From Macrostomum lignano (Eukaryota), in assembly GCA_002269645.1 (NCBI GenBank), contig NIVC01002059.1:62001-126000 (forward strand): a stretch of 64,000 bases of DNA. The letters are read 5' to 3'. How positions within the stretch are numbered: the stretch's first letter is position 1; the number at the start of each line of letters is the position of its first letter. A program made the translations under genes and the position numbers. Under the pieces are notes generated by a model. It made no database searches, was not told the origin of the DNA, and worked only from the letters and a program-made list of their open reading frames with translations. This document shows, piece after piece, positions 37,818-50,345 of this stretch.

Positions 37818-38366
37818 ATGGCCACCGGCGGCCCCGGTGCATCATCTGGCTCCGCAGCTTCGGCCGCCGCAGCCGCAGCAGCCGCCGCCGCAGCCGCCGC
37901 AGCAGCTAATCAAGGCGATGAAGCTGCTTCCCTCGGCTCGCCGGAGGACCCGTCCCGCAGCCAGTGCACCAGCCCGTTCGCCGTGGAGGACACGCACGCC
38001 CTGATGCAAGATTTCGATCAGCTTAGCATAGCAAAAAAGTCTTCAATGTGCAGCGGCAGTACGCCAGATCCCAAGAAGACCAAAGTGACGGTGCAGCGGC
38101 CCGGCGAGGTCAAGGCGGTCATGTGCGGCCCAGTGCCGGTCAAGAAGAGCAAGAAAACCGATCAGGATGCCGTGAAAGAGATTCAACGATGCCGCGAGGA
38201 CAATGACAGCCGGCTAGACCTGAGCAAGTGCCAGATTGCCGCTCTGCCGGGCTGCATCAAGGACCTGGCCGCCAACCTGACAGAGCTGTACCTCTATTCT
38301 AATAAGCTGGTCAGTCTGCCTATGGAAATTGGCCACCTGTTCGGCTTGGAGATTCTCATGCTGCAG
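37818..38366 (+). CDS. SHOC2: Leucine-rich repeat scaffold SHOC2/Sur-8, exon 1
   Basis: Poly-Ala N-terminus, then KKSKKTDQDAVKEIQRCREDNDSRLDLSK and LTELYLYSNKLVSLP, the SHOC2 signature. Donor CAG|GTGAGT, phase 0. Confidence 0.9.
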
Positions 38367-38605
38367 GTGAGTTATTGCAGTCAGTGTCAATGCTAACATG
38401 CTATCGTATTTGCTCTTTTAGTACTGTAGCATTGTTTATGCCTATTTATGAATTTGAATAGGGTAGCAGAGCAGCTCTACTGGTTGCCGCTAAAGGAGTC
38501 ATTGCAAACAGTTCACTAGCTACTCTTGGGCGACTCTTGTGAATTTTTAAAGACTGCAATGCGACGCAGAGGTGACTTTTAGGACGCGAGCGCATCGCGT
38601 GACTT

Positions 38606-38811
38606 GCAGAATCGTACAAAAAAGCCTAAAAAGTTGTCCAAAAGTTGCTGTGTTACGCGCTTAACTTTCTACTAACTCAAGTAGACTAAAAAGAGTTGCC
38701 ATAAACGAGAAATGCGATTCTAATTCATAAAGTTCGCTTTATGAAACGTTCGCTTTAGACAGCAATTCAGGGATTGTACAGCGGCTGTGGCACGCCTCAG
38801 ATTCGACTCTA
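38606..38811 (+). repeat. Dispersed leader of about 200 bp preceding the 20-bp satellite (copy 2)
   Basis: Homologous to 11824-12020. Confidence 0.85.
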
Positions 38812-39405
38812 CGGCCCCAGAGTCAGTAGAGTTGCCCCAGCGTCAGTACAGTTTCCCCAGAGTCAGTACAGTTGCCCCAGCGTCAGTAGAGTTGCCCCAG
38901 CGTCAGTACAGTTTCCCCAGAGTCACTAGAGTTGCCCCAGCGTCAGTACAGTTTCCCCAGAGTCACTAGAGTTGCCCCAGCGTCAGTACAGTTTCCCCAG
39001 AGTCACTAGAGTTGCCCAAGAGTCAGTAGAGTTGCCCCAGAGTCACTAGAGTTGCCCCAGCGTCAGTACAGTTTCCCCAGAGTCACTAGAGTTGCCCAAG
39101 AGTCACTAGAGTTGCCCCAGAGTCACTAGAGTTGCCCCAGAGTCAGTAGAGTTGCCCCAGCGTCAGTAGAGTTGCCCAAGAGTCACTAGAGTTGCCCCAG
39201 AGTCAGTACAGTTTCCCCAGAGTCAGTACAGTTTCCCCAGAGTCAGTAGAGTTGCCCCAGAGTCAGTAGAGTTGCCCCAGAGTCACTAGAGTTGCCCCAG
39301 AGTCACTAGAGTTGCCCCAGAGTCAGTAGAGTTGCCCCAGAGTCAGTAGAGTTGCCCCAGAGTCACTAGAGTTGCCCCAGAGTCACTAGAGTTGCCCCAG
39401 AGTCA
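38812..39405. repeat. 20-bp minisatellite (same family as 12021-14506) in SHOC2 intron 1, about 30 copies
   Basis: Unit gttgccccagagtcagtaga. Confidence 0.95.
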
Positions 39406-39722
39406 TTTTTGAGTCGCAGACAATAAAATACCTCCAAATAGGTCTAATTTGCATTTTTTGTGCAATTTTCGTCCATTCCTCAAGGCACCCTGTGAGGGTG
39501 TAACAAGTGTACATGCAGGACAATTAGAAGGTCTGGGTCGCTGTGCATCCTTTGTGAGTGTGTACATCCTCAGGGGTTAGCGGGTTAAGCATCAGAATCG
39601 AAATTTTGCTAGCTTTCCTAGAACAGATGCACCGTTTTCTCATTTACGTGCGCATAGTCGCGCTACACTACTACTCATAGTAGCAAACTACTTCAACACC
39701 TAAAAAACCGTCATTGGTGCAG

Positions 39723-40132
39723 GAGAACTCGCTAACCAATCTGCCGGACACCCTGGCCAGCTGCAGCCGTCTCCGCCTATTAGACGTGCGGCACAATAAA
39801 CTGTGCGAGATTCCGCCAGTCATATTCAAGCTGACCAGCCTCACACACCTGCTACTGCGATTCAATAGAATTCGAGAAGTTGAAGACGATCTTAGACAGC
39901 TGACTAAGCTGCAGATACTTAGCCTGCGCGAGAATAAAATTCGATCTCTGCCGGCTCTGGACTCGCTGCAGGAGTTGGTCACATTGGATGTGTCCCATAA
40001 TAATTTAGTAGAACTGCCGGATAATATTGGCCTGTGTCTGCAGCTGACTACGCTTAATTTGCAGCATAATGAGCTCAAATCTCTGCCCGAGTCTATTGGC
40101 TGTCTGCGTAGTTTGCAGCACCTCGGCCTGAG
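39723..40132 (+). CDS. SHOC2: SHOC2 exon 2
   Basis: Acceptor ggtgcag|GAG gives [11 protein letters not shown]...[12 protein letters not shown]...LLRFNRI...LSLRENKI. Donor AG|GTGAGT, phase 2. Confidence 0.9.
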
Positions 40133-40280
40133 GTGAGTTGCCGGCTAAACTCATTTGTTAGAGCATTGATTATGGATCTTAGCAACTGTATGTCCAATTG
40201 ACTTTCTTATCTACATTATTATTGAGGCCCTAGCAACAGCTGTTTACCTTTGTTACGGGTATTCTATCCTGTACTATTAG

Positions 40281-40570
40281 TAGTGCAACTCAGCGGCAAA
40301 CCCATCTGACTCTCGGGCCGCGACCCCTGGTTCGATTCCGTGCGCGGCCGCATTCGTCACAGAGAGTGTACATGCCGGACGATTAGAAAGTCAGGGCCGC
40401 TGTACACCCTGTGTGAGCGTGTGTATAAGTGCGTGCCTACGTACAGTATTGGCGTGCTTGAATGTGCTCAGGAGTCAGCGGAATGGGAAGAATTTCCTGA
40501 GCGCATGGCAACGACAGTTTTCCTTAGTTACGATCTAGAAATGGAACATAGCAACGCCAATTCGCCTTAG
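40281..40570 (+). mobile_element. tRNA-derived SINE (family 1) or tRNA pseudogene head, in SHOC2 intron 2
   Basis: A-box-like caactcagcggc and an exact B box GGTTCGATTCC at 40329-40339, followed by a non-tRNA body. I could not find a full cloverleaf. Confidence 0.45.
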
Positions 40571-40574
40571 TTAC

Positions 40575-40880
40575 GGCGGAGGGGTTGCAGCCTTAGAGTG
40601 TCGGGACTCACGACTTAAAGGTCGGGGGTTCGGTTCTCGACCCACTCGGAACAATTTGTGTCCTCGAGCAAGACACTTAACTCTGCATTGCTTCAGTTCA
40701 CCCAGCTGTAAAATGGGTGCCAGCATTAGCTGGGGGGTTATTGAGGGTGTGTGTGGCGACCTCCCAGTCCTTGGACTGAACAGCCGTACGCAGCCTTCAG
40801 ATGCGCCGCGCAATAGCTGCGGCTGAGCTGTCGGCTTATATCTGCCCATTAGGGCAGGTGTAATCAGTTATTATTAATAT
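40575..40880 (+). mobile_element. tRNA-derived SINE with CORE(MIR)-like central domain (family 2), near full length
   Basis: A/B-box-like head (ggcggagggg; ggttcggttc), then tgtgtcctcgagcaagacacttaactct...ttcagttcacccagctgtaaaatggg, which resembles the CORE consensus tgtgaccttgggcaagttacttaacctct...ctcagtttcctcatctgtaaaatggg. It ends in a (TTA)-rich tail, and a second copy lies at 43480-43628. Confidence 0.7.
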
Positions 40881-40967
40881 TACGGCGCTAGAATTGAATT
40901 AATTTACAATATTTTAGTTGCAACTGCAATTTTCCATTGCTATTCATTCGCATTTCCAAACACGCAG

Positions 40968-41304
40968 ATACAACCACCTGAAGCAGGTGCCCAAATCGTT
41001 AGCCAACTGCGGCCTATTAGACGAATTCAATCTTGAAGGCAACAATTTGGAAACTCTGCCAGACAGCGTGTTGATGAACCTCAACCGTCTGACCAGCATC
41101 ACCCTGTCTAGAAACTACTTTAAAGCATTTCCAGGCGGCGGGCCGCAGCAGTTCATCTCGGTGCAGACGCTCAACCTGGACCACAACCAGGTTAACAAGA
41201 TTCCGTTTGGCATCTTCAGCCGGGCTGCCAGCCTCACTAAGCTGAACATGCGTGACAATTTGCTGACAGCTCTGCCGCCCGATTTCAGCAGCTGGACATC
41301 TTTG
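40968..41304 (+). CDS. SHOC2: SHOC2 exon 3
   Basis: Acceptor cacgcag|A restores GLR-YNHL. FPGGGPQQF and NKIPFGIFSRA are conserved. Donor TTG|GTGCGT, phase 0. Confidence 0.9.
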
Positions 41305-41352
41305 GTGCGTGAATTTACATTGCCGCATTGCATAGTTGAGATGTAGAATAAC

Positions 41353-41938
41353 ACTGGTTTAGATCTGAGGCTGGCATGGTTTAGATCTGAGGGTAGCACT
41401 GGTTTAGATCTGAGGATGGCATGGTTTAGATCTGAGGCTGGCACTGGTTAAGATCTGAGGCTGGCACTGGTTTAGATCTGAGGCTGGCACTTGTTTAGAT
41501 CTGAGGCTAGCACTGGTTTATATCTGAGGCTAGCACTGGTTAAGATCTGAGGCTGGCACTGGTTTAGATCTGAGGCTGGCACTTGTTTAGATCTGAGGCT
41601 AGCACTGGTTTAGATCTGAGGCTAGCACTGGTTTAGATCTGAGGCTAGCACTGGTTAAGATCTGAGGGTAGCACTGGTTTAGATCTGAGGGTAGCACTGG
41701 TTTAGATCTGAGGGTAGCACTGGTTTAGATCTGAGGATGGCATGGTTTAGATCTGAGGCTGGCACTGGTTTAGATCTGAGGCTGGCACTTGTTTAGATCT
41801 GAGGCTAGCACTGGTTTAGATCTGAGGCTAGCACTGGTTAAGATCTGAGGGTAGCACTGGTTTAGATCTGAGGGTTGCACTGGTTTAGATCTGATCTGAG
41901 GGTAGCACTGGTTTAGATCCGAGGCTGGTATGGTTTAG
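41353..41938. repeat. 23-bp minisatellite filling SHOC2 intron 3
   Basis: Unit gcactggtttagatctgaggct(a/g). Confidence 0.95.
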
Positions 41939-41987
41939 TTTACCGTTAGTCCCAGCTTTTATTATACACTGCCTAAATGCGATTCAG

Positions 41988-42520
41988 GTGGAGCTCAACC
42001 TGGGCACCAACCAGCTGGCCGACTGCCCGAGGATGTTGAAAAACTGGTGCAACTAGAAGTCCTTGTACTGAGTAACAATCAGCTGAAGCGCCTGCCATCG
42101 ACAATTCGCAATTTGGCCAAGCTCAGAGTGCTGGACCTCGAGGAGAACCAGCTGGAGGCCCTACCGTCCGAGATTGGCTACGTGAAATCTTTGCAACGCT
42201 TGATTGTTCAGAGCAACAGGCTGCAGTACCTGCCTAGGGCTATCGGCATGCTATCTCATTTAGTCTATCTGGCCATCGGTGAGAATGATCTGCACTCCCT
42301 GCCAACCGAGATTGGCAGTCTGGCTAAATTAGAGTCGCTTTACCTTAATGACAACGTGAATTTGCACAATCTGCCAGTGGAGTTGGCCTCCTGTCAAAGT
42401 CTGCAAATTATGAGCATTGAGAATTGTCCGCTGTCGCATATACCGGCCGAAATTGTGGCTGGCGGACCGTCTCTGGTGATTCAGTACCTCAAAATTCAAG
42501 GGCCCTATTGCCAGTTCTGA
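41988..42520 (+). CDS. SHOC2: SHOC2 exon 4, with apparent 1-nt deletion frameshift at about 42019-42021; corrected product about 609 aa
   Basis: Acceptor gattcag|GTG gives [11 protein letters not shown]. The -1 frame then continues [22 protein letters not shown]...[31 protein letters not shown]; stop TGA at 42518-42520. Confidence 0.88.
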
Positions 42521-42699
42521 CGACTTTATTTTTATTAGGCTATTTTTTTACTCGCAGTTCTTCTGTGCAGTCACAAGAGGGCATGCTGTGAATGCGTGTG
42601 CGAAGCCGATCACCTGAAGACTGCACTTTCCCTAAATTATAAAACACCCCCTGTTGCCTTTTTAACAGCCCATACTTCCTAACCAACATTCTCTCCAAC

Positions 42700-42915
42700 C
42701 GACACAACTTCTTACTCCCTAATCGATAGCCCCAATTCCTACCCCCTATGTACACTCTCCCAAATCGATAGCCTCACTTCCTACCCCTTATGTACACTCC
42801 CCAATCGATAGCCTCACTTCCTACCCCCTATGTACACTCTCCCCAATCGATAGCCCCACTTCCTACCCCCGATGTTCACTCTCCCCAATCGATAGCCCCA
42901 CTTCCTACCCCCTAT
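42700..42915. repeat. Tandem repeat of about 42 bp, about 5 copies, after the SHOC2 stop
   Basis: Unit aatcgatagcc(t/c)cacttcctaccccctatgtacactctccc. Confidence 0.85.
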
Positions 42916-43479
42916 GTTAGCGCACGCCCCACTTGCTCTCATCGAATGATCAACAGTCATTTTATTATTGCCATTAATTATATTGTCAGCTTTTTAATAT
43001 TTTCTGGCTTGCTTGTGTTTTTGTTTTGTAATGTAAAAAAGCCGTTTTAGTTCTCCCTCATAATTGGCGCGATATTAATTATTTGTTGTTTGAAATTTAA
43101 TCTAACTTTACTTATGCTAATCGCTTATTGTTAGTGCTGTATTGTGGATTGCTTTGTAGCTTTAATATACATTAGTTGTTTCAGATTTGTGTTTTACGTC
43201 ATGCTTGTCCGCAAGTTGTAGTATTAGTAAATAATATATATTGCTGTAATTAAATGTAGTCTGCTGCTGTCTAGTCTCCATGGCCTCTGGCGCGCATGCA
43301 CTTTAGATTATTATTAGGTTATATTGTTTTAGCCATGCTAGGTTATAAAATAGTACATTTCGTATTTGAAAGCCTATTATAGAGCAGAGACAGTTTGGGC
43401 CATAGACAAACTCAAATTTCTGGCTGAGAAACCCGACTGAGAGACCAGCGTGATTCAAGATAAGCGACTTTTGCATGGA

Positions 43480-43628
43480 TGCGTATGGCTGTTCAGTCCA
43501 AGGACTGGGAGGTCGCCACGCACAGCCTCAATTAGCCCAGCTAATGCTGGCACCCATTTTACAACTGGGCGAACTGAAGCAATGCAGAGTTAAGTGTCTT
43601 GCTCAAGGACACAAATTGTTCCGAGTGG
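43480..43628 (-). mobile_element. 5'-truncated copy of the CORE-like SINE
   Basis: The reverse complement closely matches 40642-40792. Confidence 0.75.
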
Positions 43629-44216
43629 CTCTCACCACTATTCTACAGGATTTCAGCTTCGGGTGTCAGTTTTTCTAACTTGGCAAAGGCTATACTATAT
43701 ATTATACATTATGTATATGTACGTTTTCTGGTCTATTTTTTTACTTTGATTATTTTTTTTTTGCAAAACGCAAAGCAAAAGCAATTTTTGAGTCACGTTT
43801 TTAGGTCAGCACTTGTTTTTAGTTTTGATTTTTGCACTTTAAGCAATGAACCGACTTGTTTTCTTTGTAACTTAACATTTCGAAGACATTTTGTATTAAC
43901 TTTTTAGTTTATTTATAGTTTGCTCTTCATTCGTAACTTTTCTGATAGTTCTCTGTGCACCACTCATGTTTCTTGACAATGGCTTTGATCCCAACACTTG
44001 CTACATATGGATTCAATTATTATATACCGAAAATCAGTTGATTGATTTACCGACTTAAAGACATTTGCTCCCGGCATTCGCTTTTCATTTAGCCTTATAT
44101 CGAAATCAGAAATAAAAAGCGAACTGTATCATGGCAAGCCTCCTCTATTAGCAATTTTTTGCATGTCTTTTACTGCATAAATTTCGTTGTACGTTCTGTT
44201 TGTCTAATTTTATGTC

Positions 44217-44486
<270 letters not shown>

Positions 44487-44639
44487 TGTATGTATGCATC
44501 GCCGGTTTTTTGCTGCATATTGGATTCCACAGTTCGCTGACCTCCCATTGCTTTCTTTTCTGCTCGTATTTCACACTGTACAGTGTCGCGGCCCTACTCA
44601 AGCACACTACACCTGTAACTTTATGGAAGCATGCGTCCT

Positions 44640-45050
44640 TGGTAGATTGTCTTACTGGCGCTCCGTTTCTTAGGGGTAGATTGTCTTACTCGGGGGTAGA
44701 TTGACTTACTCGTGGGAAGATTGTCTTACTCGTGGGGTAGATTGTCCTACTCGAGGTAGATTGTCTTACTCGTGGGAAGATTGTCTTACTCGTGGAGATT
44801 CCTACTCGTGGGTAGATTGTCCTACGCGGGGCAGATTATCTTACTCAGGGTAAATTGTCCTACTCGGGGAAGATTTTTTTACTCGTGGGTAAATTGTCCT
44901 ACTCGGGGAAGATTGTCCTACTCAGTGGTGGATTGTCCTACTCGGGGAAGATTGTCCTACTCAGTGGTGGATTGTCCTACTCGGGGGGTAGATTGTCTTA
45001 CTCGTGGGGTAGATTGTCTTACTCGGTTGTAGATTGTCTTACTTGGAGCT
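44640..45050. repeat. Degenerate minisatellite of about 20 bp
   Basis: Unit gggtagattgtc(t/c)tactcg(g/t). Confidence 0.85.
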
Positions 45051-45705
45051 ATCTTACTAGCGTTTTCTATAGCAGCAAGCAGCTGCGACGCTTGCAGTTT
45101 GAAATTAATTGCTAAAGAAGCGCTGCTAAACTTGTATGTTTCTGTCTCGTCTTTCTGTCTGACTTTGCTGTTGTACTCATTTATTATCAGTGTGTATTAA
45201 TTATGAAATTCGACTAATCAAATATTATTACTATATATTATGCTTATGCATATTGGCAATATTTTATACATTCATAGCAATTGGATTTCTTTATACAATT
45301 TGTACGCATGGTAGCATATTCGCTTTGATAATTCGCCTTTATAGAAGCTTCGTCTTACTAATATCTCTTGAAGTTCTAATTGTTTTTTTTCTGTTTAATA
45401 TTTTGTGTTCTCGTATACTTTATATTCACTGGTATATGATAAATGTGAACTTTTAATGTCAGATTTTGTGTGAATTTTTCTATAGTCAAGTACTATTGTC
45501 ATCTCAAAAATTATGACTGAAATTTTTGTGATTAAAAAAGCTATAAATATATTGAGGTTTTCTCGTCTCGTAAGATGTTGTGGTCTTTAATAAGCTAATT
45601 TTCTGTCTTATAACTTTATTTGCTAATGAGCTAGGAAATTCGAACTAGGAAAAACATTCTTGACGTTGTGTGACTTTTGTCACTGTCTTATGCATCTCTA
45701 TCTAC

Positions 45706-46738
45706 CTCTCATTTACCTACTGACTTAAACACACCTATCTACCTCTCATTTACCTACTGACTTAAACACACCTATCTACCTCTCATTTACCTACTGACTT
45801 AAACACACCTATCTACCTCTAATTTCCCTTCTCAACAAACCTATCTACCTCTCATTTCTCTTCTCAACACACACCTATCTACCTCTCATTTCTCTTCTCA
45901 ACACACACCTATCTACCTCTCATACCTATCTACCTCTCATTTCTCTTCTCAACACACACCTATCTACCTCTCATACCTATCTACCTCTCATTTCTCTTCT
46001 AAACACACACCTATCTACCCCTAATTTCCCTTCTAAACACACCTATCTACCCCTCATTTCCCTTCTAAACACACCTCCTATCTACCCCTCATTTCCCTTC
46101 TAAACACACCTCCTATCTACCCCTCATTTCCCTTCTAAACACACCTATCTACCCACATTTCCCTTCTAAACACACCTATCTACCCCTCATTTCCCTTCTA
46201 AACACACCTATCTAATATATCTAAAGTAGTCTACCCCTAATTTCCCTTCTAACCACACCTATCTACCCACATTTCCTTTCTAACCACACCTATCTACCCA
46301 CATTTCCCTTCTAACCACACCTATCTACCCACATTTCCCTTCTAACCACACCTATCTACCCCTCATTTCCCTTCTAACCACACCTATCTACCCACATTTC
46401 CCTTCTAAACACACCTATCTACCTCTCATTTCCCTTCTAAACACACCTATCTACCTCTCATTTCTCTTCTAAACACACCTATCTACCCACATTTCCCTTC
46501 TAACCACACCTATCTACCCCTCATTTCCCTTCTAACCACACCTATCTACCCACATTTCCCTTCTAAACACACCTATCTACCTCTCATTTCCCTTCTAAAC
46601 ACACCTATCTACCCACATTTCCCTTCTAAACACACCTATCTACCTCTCATTTCCCTTCTAAACACACCTATCTACCTCTCATTTCTCTTCTAAACACACC
46701 TATCTACCCCTCATTTCCCTTCTAACCACACCTATCCA
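45706..46738. repeat. C/T-rich minisatellite of about 30 bp upstream of NOMO
   Basis: Unit acacacctatctacc(c/t)ctcatttcccttctaa. Confidence 0.9.
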
Positions 46739-46883
46739 TCTCATTCTTCATTCCATTCATGGACATCCCAGTCTTCATAGATTGCCATTTTCGCTTTATG
46801 TGGCTGGTGGTCCGATTTGCAGTAATAGGATCGACAGCCAGTATTGTAATATGCCAATGTTTAACCTCATGCCTGAGAAACAA

Positions 46884-47222
46884 ATGTCTCAAAATTTGTC
46901 GTTGAAACCTTCTCCGCCGCTGCCGTTGCTGCTTCCGCTGCTTTTGCTGCTTCTAGCAGCGCCGCGATTGTCAGCCGGCCAGGACCCGGTTGGCTGCGGC
47001 GGCTTTGTCCGCCTGCCGCAGGGAGCCAAGGCGCCTAACTATGCCAGGATGCGGGTGCAGCTGTACAATGAGCGGGGCAACCTGCGATTTGTGTCCGATA
47101 TTAGTCCGAATGGCGCCTACTCTGTGCCCGTGTACGAGCGGGGTCAGCACACGATTCGGCTGTCCGCGCCAGACGGCTGGCATCTGGAACCGGAGAATCA
47201 CCAGGTGGCCGTGCTGGACCAG
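46884..47222 (+). CDS. NOMO1: Nodal modulator NOMO (BOS complex subunit), exon 1 with signal peptide
   Basis: MSQN...hydrophobic leader...DPVGCGGFV...NGAYSVPVYERGQHTIRLSAPDGWHLEP matches the NOMO N-terminus (GCGGFV, PxGWxFEP). The start codon choice is inferred. Donor CAG|GTCAGT, phase 0. Confidence 0.85.
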
Positions 47223-47239
47223 GTCAGTCTGACTCTGCC

Positions 47240-47850
47240 TAATCTTCAGCTCTTTGTTTGAGAAGGGTTTAGTTAGCAGCTCAATCTGAGGTCTTTGTTT
47301 GTTAAGTGTTTAGTTAGCAGCTCAATCTTAAAGTCTTTTTTGAGAAGGATTTATTTAGCATCTTAATCCTGAGGTCTTTGTTTGGTAAATTTTTAGTTAG
47401 CATCTCAATCTGAGGTCTTTGTTTGAGAACTGTTTAGTTAGTATCTCAATCTGAGGTCTTTGTTTGAGAACTGTTTAGTTAGTATCTCAATCTGAGGTCT
47501 TTGTTTGTGAAGTGGTTAGTTAGCATCTCCTAAATCCTGAGGTCTTCGTTTGTTAAGTTTTTAGTTAGCATCTCAATCTTGTGGTCTTCGTTTGTTAAGT
47601 GTTTAGTTAGCATCTCAATCTTGTGGTCTTCGTTTGTTAAGTGTTTAGTTAGCATCTCAATCTTGAAGTCTTTTTGAGAAGGATTTATTTAGCATCTTAA
47701 TCCTGAGGTCTTTGTTTGGTAAATTTTTAGTTAGCATCTCAATCTGAGGTCTTTGTTTGTGAAGTGGTTAGTTAGCATCTCCTCAATCCTGAGGTCTTTG
47801 TTTGGTAAATGTTTAGTTAGCATCTCAATCTTGAGGTCTTTGTCTGTAAA
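47240..47850. repeat. Minisatellite of about 40 bp filling NOMO intron 1
   Basis: Unit gtttagttagcatctcaatctgaggtctttgtttg... Confidence 0.9.
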
Positions 47851-47863
47851 GTGTATATTATAG

Positions 47864-48523
47864 TTAGTCGAGCGCCAGCAACCCACCAAATACCCCGAGC
47901 AGGACTCCTGCCAGCGCGATCTCGACTTCCGCCTGCTAGGCTACGCCATATACGGCTCCGTGCACACCAGGGGCCTGCGCACCGGGCCGCCCGACCTGCC
48001 GCTGGCGCTAATCGACCGTCGCTCTGGCTCAAAACTGGCGGCCAACTCCACCGACGCCGATGGCAAATTTGTGTTCGTCCGGGTGCCGCCCGGCCAGTAC
48101 ACTGTCCGACCGGATCTGCCTGCCGGCGGCGGGGCGGCCGCTTTCGAGAAAGACCGCCTAGACGTGGACGTTGCCAATGACAACGCTAAACCGGGCGAGG
48201 CTCTGGTTGTGAAAGGCTTCGCCGTGTCGGCCGGCCTGGCCGATGTCGGCGCCGGCGCCCAGCTCTACCTGTACGGCGCACTGGCCGACGGCGTCAAATG
48301 TGAGAAGCCCGGCAAACCGCATCCGGAATTCCGCTCGCCTCTGCCGCCGACCGAGCGACCGCTCTGCCGGGCCGTCACCGGCGCCGACGGGGTTGGCCGA
48401 TTTGTTGACGTGCCCGGAGGCGAGTACACTCTGGTGCCGTTCCATCCGGACTATCGGATCGAGCCCGACCGGCTCAGCCTGCGGGTGCGGCACGCCGACC
48501 TGCACATGGGCAGCGTGTTCAAG
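47864..48523 (+). CDS. NOMO1: NOMO exon 2
   Basis: Acceptor tattatag|TTA; the frame is open from 47864: DSCQRDLDFRLLGY...GKFVFVRVPPGQYTV...LCRAVTGADGVGRFVDVPGGEYTLVPFH. Donor AAG|GTGTTT, phase 0. Confidence 0.82.
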
Positions 48524-48619
48524 GTGTTTGGCTCGCTTTGGTTTCCAGGAATGCTAACCTCCCCATCTCGCCTAGCTTGCTGTACTTTTCACCTATCCCG
48601 GTCCACCTGCCACTCCTCT

Positions 48620-48960
48620 CCCACCTCTGTGTCTACCTCTCACCCCTCCGATCTCCGTGTCTACCTCTCACCCTTCTCAAACCTCCGTGTCTACCTCTCA
48701 CCCTTCTCAAACCTCCATGTCTACCTCTCACCCCGCTCAAACCTCCGTGTCTACCTCTCACCCCTCTCCAAACTCCGTGTCTACCTCTCACCCCTCTCCG
48801 ATCTCCGTGTCTACCTCTCACCCCTCTCCAACTTCGTGTCTACCTCTCACCCCTCTCCGATCTCCGTGTCTATCTCTCAACCCTCTCCGATCTCCGTGTC
48901 TACCTCTCACCCCTCTCCGATCTCCGTGTCTACCTCTCACTTCTCTCTAAACTCCCGTAT
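48620..48960. repeat. 30-bp minisatellite in NOMO intron 2
   Basis: Unit ctacctctcacccctctccgatctccgtgt. Confidence 0.9.
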
Positions 48961-49208
48961 CTACCTCTCACTTCTCTCCGATCTCCATATCTATTCATAC
49001 CTCTCGCCTGTCTTCAGCCTCCGTATCTGCTCGTGCCTCTCACTCCTTTTCAACTTCTGCATATACCTTTGCCCCCCCTCCCAAAAGTTTCCTAACCATC
49101 TACTCGTATACTCTCTCCCATCTCCAACCTACCCCAGTGTAAACTGCACCGGGTATCACGTGACGCCGCCCTCCTTAGTCCTTATTGAATTCTCCATCTA
49201 ACGCGCAG

Positions 49209-49736
49209 GCCACCGGAGTCGTGCTCCGCGGTCGCGTAGTCGGCCCAGACGGCGCGGCCCTGTCCGGCGCCCACGTCCGCCTTGTTGAGCCCCAGGGCTC
49301 GTCGTCGTCGTCATCTATCGAAACGGACACCGGCGCCGACGGCCGATTCCTGCTGCACTGTCCGGAGCGACGCTCCAGCTGGACAGTTCAGGTGACCTAT
49401 CCGGACATGCTGTTCCTGCCTGGCCGCACGGACTCCCTGGCCTTCTCAACCGACATTCGTCCTGATAAATTTCGCGTCTGCGGCCGAGCCGAAGGCCTCG
49501 GCGTCCGGCCGGTGACCAGCCTAAGCGCGCCGGACATTGAAGCGTCGGAAACTGAGCAGGACGGCACGTTTTGCATCTACCTGACGGCCGGCCGGCACGT
49601 TCTGCGCTGCGGCCGGGCGCAGCGAGAAATCACAGTCAGCGGCCCGACAACTGGACTGTTGCTTAAGGAGCAGCGGGTTGAAGTTAACGGCAAAGTTGTC
49701 GGCTGTCCTGGGGGGCAGTGTCCCGCCGATCTGCAG
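49209..49736 (+). CDS. NOMO1: NOMO exon 3
   Basis: Acceptor acgcgcag|GCC gives ATGVVLRGRVVGPDG...TGADGRF...TEQDGTFCIYLTAG (prealbumin-like repeats). Donor CAG|GTGAGA, phase 0. Confidence 0.82.
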
Positions 49737-49844
49737 GTGAGATTTGTGGACTCATTATTTGGCCCGCTCTTTCAGGTGTCAGCGTCTTCCTGTCTTCCTA
49801 TCTCCACGAGCCCGTCATCCTGTGTGAAAAATCTCAACTTCCGA

Positions 49845-50345
49845 ATGAATCCCATGAACTCTCAACTTCCGGTATGACTCCCATGACTCTCAACTTCCGA
49901 ATGACTCCCATGACTCAACTTCCAGATGACTCCCATGACTCTCAGCTTCCGGATGACTCCCATGACTCAACTTCCGGATGACTCCCACGACTCTCAAATT
50001 CCGGTATGATTCCCATGACTCTCAACTTCCGGTATGATTCCCATGACTCAAATTCCGAATGACTCCCATGACTCTCAACTTCCTGTGTGACTCCCATGAC
50101 TCAAATTCCGAATGACTCCCATGACTCTCAACTTCCGGTAAGACTCCCATGACTCTCAACTTCCTGTGTGACTCCCATGACTCTCAACTTCCGGTATGAC
50201 TCCCATGACTCTCAACTTCCGGTATGACTCCCATGACTCTCAACTTCCTGTGTGACTCCCATGACTCTCAACTTCCGGTATGACTCCCATGACTCTCAAC
50301 TTCCGGATGACTCCCATGACTCTCAACTTCCGGTATGACTCACGA
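49845..50345. repeat. 27-28-bp minisatellite in NOMO intron 3
   Basis: Unit gactcccatgactctcaacttccggtat. Confidence 0.9.

Noticed and set aside
30960-42030. Programmed -1 ribosomal frameshifting in MPI and SHOC2
   Set aside because: No X XXY YYZ slippery site or downstream structure, and the shared homopolymer context favours consensus error.
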